From: the human T2T-CHM13v2.0 reference genome, Homo sapiens
Assembly: GCF_009914755.1 (NCBI RefSeq)
Contig: NC_060931.1
DNA length: 64,000 bases
Strand: one strand, 5' to 3'
Shown here: positions 1-12,619 of the stretch, in pieces
Position numbering within the stretch: position 1 is the first letter of the stretch
Layout: each line of letters opens with the position of its first letter
Notes under the pieces: generated by a model
Told to the model about the DNA's origin: nothing
Databases searched by the model: none
The model's input: the letters and a program-made list of their open reading frames with translations, nothing else
Program-made: the position numbers and the translations under genes

Positions 1-2228
1 GGCCTTCCAGGTGAAGGTGGCCCACTTGCAACAAGGACCGAAAGAAGTCCAGCTCAGAGGCCAAGCCCACAAGCCAGGGGCTAGCAGGAGTGTAACAAGG
101 GCTCGTGGGAGCGGAGCATATAAGAGACGAGCACTGCCACTGCCCCTGGGGTGTCCTCTGAACTCCTGTCAGTTGCAGCCCAAACACTCCAGAGCTCGGA
201 TACCAAGGAGCAGCTTCTGTGGGGTAGAACGGCTGCACACAGTCAGGGAACCTGGCTCAGCCTGGCCCAAGCCTTCTCCCACAGCGGGGTACACAGCCTG
301 GATGGCAGGGAAATAGACCGTCAGGCACTACGGGAACTGACACAGGTGGTGTCTGGCACTGCATCATACTCTGGCCCAAAGCCTTCTACTCAGCATGGAG
401 CTCCAGGCCACTTTGCAGCCCCTGGTGAGGGAGGTGACCCGTGGGCAGCCCTGCTGCCGCCCACGTGAGCTGCTCATTCCCAGCACATGGCCAGCGAGGT
501 CATAGCGAGTGACGAAGAGCACACGGTCATCCATGAGGAGGAGGGGGTGATGATGTCATTGCTGATGATGGCTTTAGCACCACCGACACCGATCTCAAGT
601 TCAAGGAGTGGGTGACCGACTGAGAGTGGGGACAACTCTGGGGAGGAGCCAGAGGGCAACAAGGGCTTTGGTGGGAAGGTATTTGCACCTGTCATTCCTT
701 CCTCCTTTACTCCTGCCGCCCCTTGCTGGATCCTGAGCCCCCAGGGTCCCCCGATCCACCTGCAGCTTTTGGCAGTCTATGGTCACACCCTGTCCTCCTC
801 CTACACATACTCGGATGCTTCCTCCTCAACCTTGGCACCCACCTCCTTCTTACTGGGCCCAGGAGCCTTCAAAGCCCAGGAGTCTGGTCAACGCAGCAGA
901 GCGGGCCCCCTACGGCCCCAACCCCTGGGGATGGGGGCCCAGGGACACCTTCCAAGGTGGCCTGTTTCCTCCCAATGGATCCTGCCACCTTCTGGTGCAA
1001 GAGACCTGAAAGTGTGGGCGACCTGGAGCTACCAGGCTCCTCAGTCATCAGGGTCCCTCCCAACACTAAGGCTTTCCTAGGCAGGAGCTGGGCTGAGCCA
1101 CCCGGGGGGCAGAGCCTGAAGAGAAACTGACTGGGCTTTCGGGGTCGGGGCAGAGGGAACCCCACGGACATGGATCCCACACTGGAGGACCCCACCGCGC
1201 CCAAATGCAAGATGAGAAGATGCTCCAGCTGCAGTCCAAAGCCCAACACCCCCAAGTGTGCCATGTGTGATGGGGACAGCTTCCCCTTTGCCTATACAGG
1301 TGGAGAAGCCGAGGACAGGCTCAGGGAACCGGAGACCAAGAAGGCGCTGTCCTCTTCACTGCATGTACCCTGGACCAGTGCCGGCCCTGATCATGCAGCT
1401 CTTCCAGGCCCACTGCTTCTTCCTGTCCACTAGGCCACAGCCGCCCTCCAGGCCCACTATGCACACATCTTCCCCTCCAAGGTTTGTTCTGCCCCTGCCC
1501 TGACTCCCAGCCCTGTGGGGGTCCTGACCGCACCTCACCTGGCTCAGACTCTTGACGCTGCCCTGGCTGCCCCACCAGTGCTTCTGCCCGAGAGTCACGT
1601 GAGGCTGAGAGTAGGGGCAGGGGCAGCAGTGGTGCCAGTTGGGGGGCGGTCCAGTGGGAGGAGCCTCAGCCTCGCAGGCTGCTCCGTGGGACTGATGACT
1701 GCATGATCTTCTGGGCACCTCACGGATCTTCAACTGCAGGTGAAACGGATGCTGGTGGTGGGTGCAGGGCCGCTGGGAGCTGCTGCATGGTTCCCAGAGG
1801 CTGGACTGAGGCAGGTGCCAACTGAAGCTGCTGGGGCAGCATGGGCAGGATGTTCTGCACACAAACCTTGGAGAAGAAGATGTGTGCATAGCAGGTCCAC
1901 TGCTGCTGCCCCTGCCCTGACTCCCAGCCCTGCCTGACCCCACCTCAACCTGCTCAGGCTCTGGCACAACCCTGGCTGCCCTGCCACTGCCTCTGCCCCA
2001 GAGTTGGTGCCTTGACAGCCTGGTTGGAAGGGGACACCCCAGCCCTGCCTCAACACCTGGGGGTCTCCATAACTAGCACAGGCAGGTGGGCAACCCCAAA
2101 GATCCCAGGACTCACAGTACCCCCTGAGAACATGGACAGTATGTGGGGGTAGCAATGGAGGGCAGGATGGTTATCTTCTCCCAGGTGAAGCCATTTAATC
2201 CTTTCAGTTTGGGACGGAGTAAGGCCTT

Positions 2229-2268
<40 letters not shown>

Positions 2269-3038
2269 AGACCGAGTCTTGCTCTGTCGCCCAGGCTGGA
2301 GTGCAGTGGTGCGATCTTGGCTCACTGCAACCTCTTCCCGCTGGGTTCACGCCATTCTCCTGCCTCAGCCTTCCGGGTAGCTAGGATTACAGGTGGACGC
2401 TACCACGTCCGGCTAATTTTTGTATTTTTAGTACAGACGGGGCTTCATCATCTTGGCCAGGCTGATTTCGATCTCCTGACATCGTGATCTGCCTGCCTCC
2501 CCCTCCCAAAGTGCTGGGATTACAGGCGTGAGCCACCACGCCTGGCCAAGGCCTGCTCCTCTTATCTATACCCCCTACCCCTGCAGCTGTGCCGGGGGAA
2601 AGCTGGGCAGTTTCCCTCCTCCGAGCCCCTGTACATACCATGAATTGTGGGACCTTCAGAGCTTTTCACTTTTCGGAAAATAGCTCCTGCTGGGGCTACA
2701 AGATGGAGTGTGAAGAGGGCCTTGGGCCACAGGGAGGCGCCTGTGGACTAGGGGGAGTTCATGCACCCCTTCTTTCCCCAGAGGGGCTGGACTCAGGTGA
2801 GTATGGGGGTGGGGGCTCCTGCACTTCGACACAGGCAGCGGGAGGGTTTTCTCCCCATTCCCTCTGCACTCCCAACTTGAGCTATACTTTTTAAGAAAGT
2901 GATTCACCCTGCCTTTGCCCCCTTCCCCAGAACAGAACACGTTGATCGTGGGCGATATTTTTCATTGTGCCAAAAAGTTGCCATGACCGTCATTAAACCT
3001 GTTTAACACCAAATAATAAGGAAAATAAAATAAAAAAT
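1..3038 (+). pseudogene. CICP: Capicua (CIC) processed pseudogene, 3' part; internally deleted and rearranged
   Basis: Intronless, frameshifted peptides match CIC: AFQVK..CNKDRKKSSSEAKPTS (end of HMG box), [76 protein letters not shown] (C1 domain). The 3' UTR ends with ATTAAA (~2992) and an A-rich tail remnant (~3021-3038). The family member number cannot be assigned. Confidence 0.93.
2231..2547 (-). mobile_element. Alu inserted in the CIC pseudogene 3' UTR
   Basis: Long poly-T followed by a reverse Alu body ending ..CACGCCTGGCC; partial target-site duplication AAGGCCT on both sides. Confidence 0.95.
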
Positions 3039-3152
3039 TCGGGCTTGGCGCAGAAACTCACTCCAAATAAATTACCTACCAAAACATTTACATAATGGTG
3101 GAAATATTCCAAAATTCAATATTTTGGGATTTATACACAAAAGATAAACAAA

Positions 3153-4060
3153 TTAGAGGCCAAGAGGCTGCCGGAAGGGAAAAACAGGGCCTGGAATGGC
3201 CGACGTGAGGAATGAGCTGGGCCTAAAGAGGCCACTGGCAGGCAGGAGCTGGACCTGCCGAAGTGGCCGAAAGGCAGGAGCTTTGGACTGGGGAGGCCGC
3301 AGTGAGGCGAGAGCTAGCTGGGCGTGGAGAGTCCGCTGTGAGGCCGAGGCCGAGGCTGGGCCCGTGCAGGCCTTCGAGACGCAGGAGGCCGGGCCTGCAA
3401 AGGCCGACTGGAGATCAAGTTCTGCGCCTGAAGAGGCTGCCAAAAGTCAAAAGCGGGGCCTGGGAAGGCCGCCGAGAGCCATGAGCTGGGCTGGGCCGAA
3501 AGAGGCCACTGGGAGGCAGGAGGAGCTGGGCCTGGAGAGGCTGACTCGAGGAAGTTTTGCACCTGGAGAGGCCGTCGAGAGGACGGAGCTGGGCCCAGGG
3601 AGGCCGACTTGCTGCTCTTCCAGGCCCACTTCCAGGCCGACTTGAGGACGACTTGGGCCTGCAGAGGCCGCCGGGAGGCTGGAGCTAAGCCTGGAGAGAC
3701 TGACTTCGGGACGATTTGGGCCTGCGGAGGCCGCCGGGAGGCCCAAGCTGGGCCTAGAGGAGCCCACCGACCGGAGGCCATTTGGGGCCTGCAGATGTCA
3801 TCGGAGGGCCAGGAGCTGAGCCTGGAGAGGCCACCGCGAGGCCTGAGCTGGGCCTGGGGAGCTTGGCTTAGGGAAGTTGTGGGCCTACCAGGGCCGCTGG
3901 GAGCTGGGCAGGAGCTGAGTCCAAAGACGTTGTTGGGACCTGGAGTCGGGCCAGAGTCCGGCCTGGAGATGCAGCCAGGAGGAAGAGCTGGGCCCGGAGG
4001 GGGCGCCGGGAGGCTGCAAGTGGGTCTGAGAGGCCAACTTGAGGAGGCCTGGCCTCTGCC
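3153..4060. repeat. Degenerate ~32-bp GC-rich satellite, block 1
   Basis: Recurrent monomer ~GAGCTGGGCCTGGAGAGGCYGCYGGGAGGCAG. Confidence 0.8.
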
Positions 4061-4100
4061 TCCCGCATTGCCCAGCTGTTCCTCCTGGCTGCATCTCCCA

Positions 4101-4375
4101 CCTCCCAGCAAACAAGCTCTTTTGGCTCAGCTCCCGCCTGCGTTTGTAGACCCCGAAGTTTCTGCAACCAAGCTCTTCAGACCCACATCCCTTCTCCCAG
4201 TGACTGAACAGTCCCAGCTCCGGCTGGAGAAGGGTGTCTGCAGACCCCGCTGTTGCCTCCCAGGGGAGTCTCCAGGCCCAGCTCTCGCCCCACCGCGACC
4301 TCCCAGGCCCAAGTCCCTGCCTACCTCCCAGCAGCCCGAGTGCGATCCTGTTCCTCCCTCACGGTGGCCTGTTGA
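4101..4375 (-). repeat. Inverted repeat, left arm (inverted satellite segment)
   Basis: Its reverse complement aligns by eye to 5738-6029 (TCAACAGGCCACCGTGAGGGAGGA...GAGCCAAAAGAGCTTG..TTGCTGGGAGG). Confidence 0.85.
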
Positions 4376-4379
4376 GGCA

Positions 4380-5702
4380 GGGGGTCACGCTGACCTCTGT
4401 CCGCGTGGGAGGGGCCGGTGTGAGGCAAGGGCTCACACTGACCTCTCTCAGCGTGGGAGGGGCCGGTGTGAGGCAAGGGGCTCACGCTGACCTCTGTCCG
4501 CGTGGGAGGGGCCGGTGTGAGGCAAGGGCTCACACTGACCTCTCTCAGCGTGGGAGGGGCCGGTGTGAGGCAAGGGGCTCACGCTGACCTCTGTCCGCGT
4601 GGGAGGGGCCGGTGTGAGGCAAGGGCTCAGGCTGACCTCTCTCAGCGTGGGAGGGGCCGGTGTGAGGCAAGGGGCTCACGCTGACCTCTGTCCGCGTGGG
4701 AGGGGCCGGTGTGAGACAAGGGGCTCACACTGACCTCTCTCAGCGTGGGAGGGGCCGGTGTGAGGCAAGGGGCTCAGGCTGACCTCTGTCCGCGTGGGAG
4801 GGGCCGGTGTGAGGCAAGGGCTCGGGCTGACCTCTGTCCGCGTGGGAGGGGCCGGTGTGAGGCAAGGGGCTCAGGCTGACCTCTGTCCGCGTGGGAGGGG
4901 CCGGTGTGAGGCAAGGGGCTCAGGCTGACCTCTGTCCGCGTGGGAGGGGCCGGGGTGAGGCAAGGGCTCACACTGACCTCTCTCAGCGTGGGAGGGGCCG
5001 GTGTGAGGCAAGGGGCTCGGGCTGACCTCTCTCAGCGTGGGAGGGGCCGGTGTGAGGCAAGGGGCTCGGGCTGACCTCTCTCAGCGTGGGAGGGGCCGGT
5101 GTGAGGCAAGGGGCTCGGGCTGACCTCTGTCCGCGTGGGAGGGGCCGGTGTGAGGCAAGGGGCTCGGGCTGACCTCTCTCAGTGTGGGAGGGGCCGGTGT
5201 GAGGCAAGGGGCTCACGCTGACCTCTGTCCGCGTGGGAGGGGCCGGTGTGAGACAAGGGGCTCGGGCTGACCTCTCTCAGCGTGGGAGGGGCCAGTGTGA
5301 GGCAAGGGCTCACACTGACCTCTCTCAGCATGGGAGGGGCCGGTGTGAGACAAGGGGCTCGGGCTGACCTCTCTCAGCGTGGGAGGGGCCGGTGTGAGGC
5401 AAGGGGCTCACGCTGACCTCTGTCCGCGTGGGAGGGGCCGGTGTGAGGCAAGGGCTCACACTGACCTCTCTCAGCGTGGGAGGGGCCGGTGTGAGACAAG
5501 GGGCTCACGCTGACCTCTGTCCACGTGGGAGGGGCCGGGGTGAGGCAAGGGATCACACTGACCTCTCTCAGCGTGGGAGGGGCCGGTGTGAGGCAAGGGG
5601 CTCACGCTGACCTCTGTCCGCGTGGGAGGGGCCGGTGTGAGGCAAGGGCTCACACTGACCTCTCTCAGCATGGGAGGAGCCAGTGTGAGGCAGGGGCTCA
5701 CG
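4380..5702. repeat. 48/49-bp GC-rich VNTR, ~27 copies
   Basis: Unit GGG(G)CTCACGCTGACCTCTGTCCGCGTGGGAGGGGCCGGTGTGAGGCAA; two main variants (CTCTGTCCGCG and CTCTCTCAGCG). Confidence 0.97.
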
Positions 5703-8120
5703 CCTCTGGGCAGGGTGCCAGAGGCATGAGTTGGGCATCAACAGGCCACCGTGAGGGAGGAGCTGGGCCGCACGCGGGCTGCTGGGAGGCAGGCAGGGAC
5801 TTGGCCCCGGGAGGCCGCCGTGGGGGCAAGAGCTGGGCCTGGAGAGGCCCCTGGGAGGCAAGGGCGGGGCCTGCAGAGGCTGTTCTCCAACCAGTGCTAG
5901 AACTGTACAGGCCACCAGGAGGCAGGAGGTGGGCCCTCAGAGCTTGGCTGGAGAAAGTTCGGGGCCTACAAAGGCGGTTGGGAGCTGGGCAGGAGTTGAG
6001 CCAAAAGAGCTTGCTTACTTGCTGGGAGGCAGGGCCGGGAGAGCCCGACTTCAGGACAACTTGGGCCTGCGGCGGTCGCCGGGAGGCCCAACCTTGGCGT
6101 GGAGGAGCCCACCGACCGGAGACCATTTGGGGCCTGGAGATGCCATCGGAGGGCAGGAGCTCATCCTGGAGAGGCCACCGTGAGGCCTGACCTGGGCCTG
6201 GGGAGCTTGGCTTGAGGAAGCTGTGGACCGACCAAGGCCGCCAGGAGATGGGTAGGCACTGAGTCCAAAGAGGTTGTTGAGAGGCAGGAATCGGGCCTGG
6301 AGACCCAACCAGGAAGAAGAGCTGGGCCCGGAGAGAACGCCCGGAGGGTGCAAGTGGGTCTGGAGAGGCCGACTTGAGGAGGTTCTGGGCCCGGAGAGGC
6401 CGCTGGAAGGGAAAAACTGGGCCTGGAAAGGCCGTTGTCAGGAATGAGCCCCATGGGCCTGAAGAGGCCACTGGCAGGCGGGAGCTGGGCCTGCCGAAGC
6501 GGCCGAGAGGCAGGAGCTTTGGACTCGGGAGGCCGCAGTGAAGCAACAGCTAGCTGGGCGTGGAGAGTCCTCTGTGAGGCAGAGGCTGGGCCTGTGCAGG
6601 CCTTCGGGAGGCAGGAGGCTGGGCCTTGTCGAGGCCTGCAGAGGCCACCGAAAGTCAAAAGCGGGGCTTGGGAAGGCCGCCGGGAGGCATGAGCTGGGCT
6701 GGGCCGAAAGAGGCCACTGGGAGGCAGGAGGAGCTGGGCCTGGAGAGGCTGCCGAAAGGCAGGAGCTTCACCTGAGGATGCCACAGTGAGACACCATCTG
6801 GGTCTGGAGGGTCCACTGTGAGGCAGAGGCTGACCTGTAGAGTCCGACAGTAGACAGAAGTTGGGCAAAAGCCTGATTTGAGGAAGTTTTGGGCTTCAAG
6901 AGTCAGCCACGAGGCAGGCACTAGGCCTGGAAATGGCCTCACAGTCATAAGTTGGGCCTAAATGGGCCACTGTGAGGGAGGAGCTGTGCCTGTTGAGGCT
7001 GCTGGCAGGCAGGCAGAAATTTGGCCTGGGGCAGCTGCCATGAGGCAAGAGCTGGGCCTGGAAAAAGCCCCTGGGAGGCAAGAGCAGGGCCTGCAGAGGC
7101 TGTTCTCAAGTCAAAGCTGGGCCTGTTGATGCCACCGGGAAGCAGAAGGTGGGCCTGGAGAGTTTGACTTGAGGAAGTTTTGGGCCTACATTGGCCGCCA
7201 TTAGCTGGACAGGAACTGGGCCAAAAAAGGCTGTTGTGAGGCAGCAGTTGTGCCTGTAGACCCAGCCAAGAGGAAGAGGTGGGCCTGGAGAAGCCCCCAT
7301 GAGGCAGAGGTTGGGCCTGTAGACGCTGACAGGAGGCAGGAGCTGGGCCTGGACAGGTCAACTTGAGGAGATTTTGGGCCTTCATAGGCCACCAGGAGGC
7401 AGCAGTTGGGACTAGAGAGTCTGACTTGAGTAAGTTTTGGGCCCGGAGATGATGTCCTGGGACAGGAGTTGGCCGTGGAGAGGCCACCGTGAGGCATAAG
7501 CTGGATGTAGAGAGGCCAGTGTGAGGCAAGACCTGGGCCTGTCTAGGCTGCTGGGAGACAGGCAGGAATCTGGCCAGGGAAGGTTGCCATGAGACAAAAG
7601 TTGGGCCTGGAAAGGCCCTTGTGAAGCGTGAGCTTGGCCTAAAGAGGACACTGGGTGGCAGGAGCTGGGTGTGTAGAAGCTGCTGAAAGGTTGGGAGCTT
7701 GGCTTGGGGGGTCCACAGTGAGGTAGAAGCTGGGCGTGAAGAATCTGCTGTGAGGCAGACGTTGGGACTGTAGAGGCTGACGGGAGGCAGAGGCTGGGCC
7801 TGGAGGGGCCACCAAGATGCAGGAGCTGGGCCTGGAGAGGCTGCAAAGAAGCATGAGCTGGGCCTGGTGAGGTCAACTTGAGAAAGTTCAGGGCCTGGAG
7901 AGAAGGCTGGGAGGCAGGAGCTGGGTCTAAAGAGGCCATTGTAACGATGGAGCTGTGCCTGTGGAGGCTGTTGTGAGGCAGTAGCCTCATCTGCGGAGGC
8001 TGCCGTGACGTAGGGTATGGGCCTAAATAGGCCATTGAGAGTCATGAGCTTGGTCTGTAGAGGCTGACTGGAGAAAGTTCTGGGCCTGGAGAGGCTGCCG
8101 GGAGGTAGGAGCTGGGCCAA
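5703..8120. repeat. Degenerate ~32-bp GC-rich satellite, block 2 (includes the right IR arm 5738-6029)
   Basis: 31-32-nt periodicity is countable at 7855-8118 (gagctgggtctaaagaggccattgtaacgatg / gagctgtgcctgtggaggctgttgtgaggcag ...). Confidence 0.85.
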
Positions 8121-8141
8121 AAGATGTAAGCACATTTGCAT
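6945..8141 (-). other. 398-aa satellite-derived ORF (FLJ44672-like putative uncharacterized protein); probably non-coding
   Basis: Low-complexity P/S/L/Q/A peptide repeating LQAQLLP/RPSS/GPA, which are the three frames of the 32-bp monomer. It resembles dubious predictions in subtelomeric lncRNA loci. Confidence 0.35.
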
Positions 8142-8810
8142 TTATTAGGCACTTTATTTCCATTATTACACTGTAATATATAATAAAATAATTATAGAAC
8201 TCACCATAATGTAGAATCAGTGGGCGTGTTAAGCTTGTTTTCCTGCAACTGGATGTTCCCACCTGAGCGTGATGGGAGAAAGTAACAGATCAATAGGTAT
8301 TAGATTCTCATAAGGACAGCGCAACCTCGATCCCTCACATGCACGGTTCACAACAGGGTGCGTTCTCCTATGAGAATCTAACGCTGCTGCTCATCTGAGA
8401 AGGTGGAGCTCAGGCGGGAATGTGAGCAAAGGGGAGTGGCTGTAAATACAGAGGAAGCTTCCCTCACTCCCTCACTCGACACCACTCACCTCCTGCTGTG
8501 TGGCTCCTTGCGGCTCCATGGCTCAGGGGTTGGGGACCCCTGCTCAAGTGCATCCAAAGCGACCCTTCCCACACCAGTCTTCACAGTGGTCAAGGGCAGC
8601 AACCACTTAGCTCCCAAGGCATGTGCCTCAGCTGGCATTTCGTCACAATCAACAGTAAGTGGTAGCTTGAGTCACTGTGAGGTCACCTACTGGAAATCAC
8701 CAGCATCCCATTTCCCACTGGCAAAGAGCTCAGCACTGCCCCCTGGGAAACCAAACCTATGCCCAAATCCCATCGGTGTGGGTCTACCTCCTGGGACCCT
8801 TCCTAACATA
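7879..8810 (+). repeat. ~930-bp direct duplication, copy 1
   Basis: Near-identical to 11297-12229; duplicated ORFs 8023/11440 and 8403/11820 in the track. Confidence 0.95.
8128..8542 (-). mobile_element. MER1A (hAT-Charlie DNA transposon), partial
   Basis: Ends in GGGGTTGGGGACCCCTG (MER1 TIR); internal ATTAGATTCTCATAAGGA / TATGAGAATCTAA. Confidence 0.85.
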
Positions 8811-8965
8811 TTAGTCAGAGTCCAATCAGGAAGCATAAACCACTCAAAAGTTTAAAGTGGTAAAATTTAATACAGAGAATTATTCATTATAACAGGTGAA
8901 CAGCATAATGAGAGATTGGCTAGCACAAAGTAAAGAGAACTCTAGAGAATATGGGACTAGCCCAG

Positions 8966-10550
<1,585 letters not shown>

Positions 10551-10554
10551 CAGG

Positions 10555-11121
10555 TTAGAAACTGTGATGAGGTCTGCTGGGCAAAATTCCATATAAGCAA
10601 AGTATAAATTAATAAAGCAAATCGTGATAAATTAGTACGATTGACTTTCTGGAGTTTCTGACAATAAAAGTAAGGAAAATGCAGAACACAAAGACAGAGA
10701 GTAAAAAGAGAAATTAGGAAAGCATTCTACATGTTGAATAGGAAGACACTGGCCATGTTCGTGCAGCGGCAGTATGTCGTGACATGACATACCTTGGAGA
10801 GAAGTTAACAGATGAGGAAGTTGATAAAAATCATCAGAGAAGCAAAATACTGGTAGCGACACTCAAGTAAACCATGAAATTTCCATAACTTATGTCAGCA
10901 AAGTGGGAATATTGTACAGTGTGTGTTGAAGTTCCTATACAACATTGTTTATCTGCCTTTTGTTTGTTTGTAAGGAATGTACATACTAAAAGTTCTTCTT
11001 GCTGTCAAAAGAATATGTGTGAATAAGTCATTTTAACTTATTCTTCTGTTTTTCTTTTATCTTCCTGCCATCATCCCACAGCCTTACTTTAGAAATTTTT
11101 TTTTTAGAAAATTGAACAAGT
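10555..11121 (+). pseudogene. Decayed calmodulin (CALM2-like) processed pseudogene: CDS from the end of EF-hand 1 to the stop position, plus proximal 3' UTR
   Basis: Frameshifted translation [49 protein letters not shown], MSAK matches calmodulin [51 protein letters not shown]..MTAK. No introns. Downstream TTGTACAG..ATTGTTTATCTGCCTTTT..CTGTCAAAA..TTTTAGAAAATTGA resembles the CALM2 3' UTR. Confidence 0.85.
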
Positions 11122-11296
11122 GCTCCTTGTGGTGGCACATGCCTCGAGGATGGGAGGCAGGGGTGGAAGGGTCACTTGAGGCCATTAGTTTGACACCAGC
11201 CTGGCCAACAAAGTGAGACCCCGTGTCTACAAAACAATTTAAAAATTAGCCAAGTATCATCATGTATACCTACAGTCCCAGCTACCTGAACTTACT

Positions 11297-12229
11297 GAGA
11301 ATGTTCAGGGCCTGGAGAGAAGGCTGGGAGGCAGGAGCTGGGTCTAAAGAGGCCATTGTAACGATGGAGCTGTGCCTGTGGAGGCTGTTGTGAGGCAGTA
11401 GCCTCATCTGCGGAGGCTGCCGTGACGTAGGGTATGGGCCTAAATAGGCCATTTTGAGTCATGAGCTTGGTCTGTAGAGGCTGACTGGAGAAAGTTCTGG
11501 GCCTGGAGAGGCTGCCGGGAGGTAGGAGCTGGGCCAAAAGATGTAAGCACATTTGCATTTATTAGGCACTTTATTTCCATTATTACACTGTGATATATAA
11601 TAAAATAATTATAGAACTCACCATAATGTAGAATCAGTGGGCGTGTTAAGCTTGTTTTCCTGCAACTGGATGTTCCCACCTGAGCGTGATGGGAGAAAGT
11701 GACAGATCAATAGGTATTAGACTCTCATAAGGACAGCGCAACCTAGATCCCTCACATGCATGGTTCACAACAGGGTGCGTTCTCCTATGAGCATCTAATG
11801 CTGCTGCTCATCTGAGAAGGTGGAGCTCAGGCGGGAATGTGAGCAAAGGGGAGTGGCTGTAAATACAGACGAAGCTTCCCTCACTCCCTCACTCGACACC
11901 ACTCACCTCCTGCTGTGTGGCTCCTTGCGGCTCCATGGCTCAGGGGTTGGGGACCCCTGCTCAAGTGCATCCAAAACGACCCTTCCCACACCAGTCTTCA
12001 CAGTGGTCAAGGGCAGCAACCACTTAGCTCCCAAGGCATGTGCCTCAGCTGGCATTTCGTCACAATCAACAGTAAGTGGTAGCTTGAGTCACTGTGAGGT
12101 CACCTACTGGAAATCACCAGCATCCCATTTCCCACTGGCAAAGAGCTCAGCACTGCCCCCTGGGAAACCAAACCTATGCCCAAATCCCATCTGTGTGGGT
12201 CTACCTCCTGGGACCCTTCCTAACATATA
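11297..12229 (+). repeat. ~930-bp direct duplication, copy 2 (contains MER1A 11545-11959)
   Basis: Near-identical to 7879-8810, offset ~3.42 kb. Confidence 0.95.
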
Positions 12230-12619
12230 ACCTTCATAACATACTTGAGAGGCTGAGGTGAGTCAATCGATTTAGCCCAGGAGTTTGAGATCAGCCTGGA
12301 CGACATAACTAAATCTCATCTCTACAAGGACGAGGTGGGAGGATCACTTGAGCCCAGGAACTTGTGGCCAGCCTGGGCAACAAAAGAAGACCCCATTTGG
12401 CCAACATGGCCAACCTGGCCACCACGGTGAAACTCTGACTCTACAAAAATGATCTGGGCATGGGTGACATGCATGTGTAGTCCTAGCTACTTGGGAGGTT
12501 GAGATGGGAGGATTGCTTGATCTCAGAAGGCCAAAGCTATAGTGAGCTATGATCACATCACTGCACTCCAGCCTGGATGGCACAGGGAGATTCTGTCTCA
12601 AAAAAAAGAAAAGAAATAT

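Larger units (their letters stand above)
3050..8900 (-). ncRNA. Subtelomeric lncRNA family locus (LINC01001/LINC01002/LOC729737-like), approximate extent
   Basis: The CICP + 32-bp satellite + VNTR + MER1A arrangement is recognised as this paralogous family. Boundaries cannot be derived from sequence alone. Confidence 0.55.

Noticed and set aside
4380-5702. CRISPR-like array
   Set aside because: Head-to-tail units with no unique spacers, in human DNA, with no cas genes.
3153-8035. Many overlapping 100-290-aa ORFs on both strands
   Set aside because: Products of a GC-rich satellite and VNTR that are poor in stop codons.
8403-8855. 150-aa ORF repeated at 11820 and 15608
   Set aside because: MER1A plus flank; the recurrence reflects DNA duplication, and the frame is not kept in the third copy.
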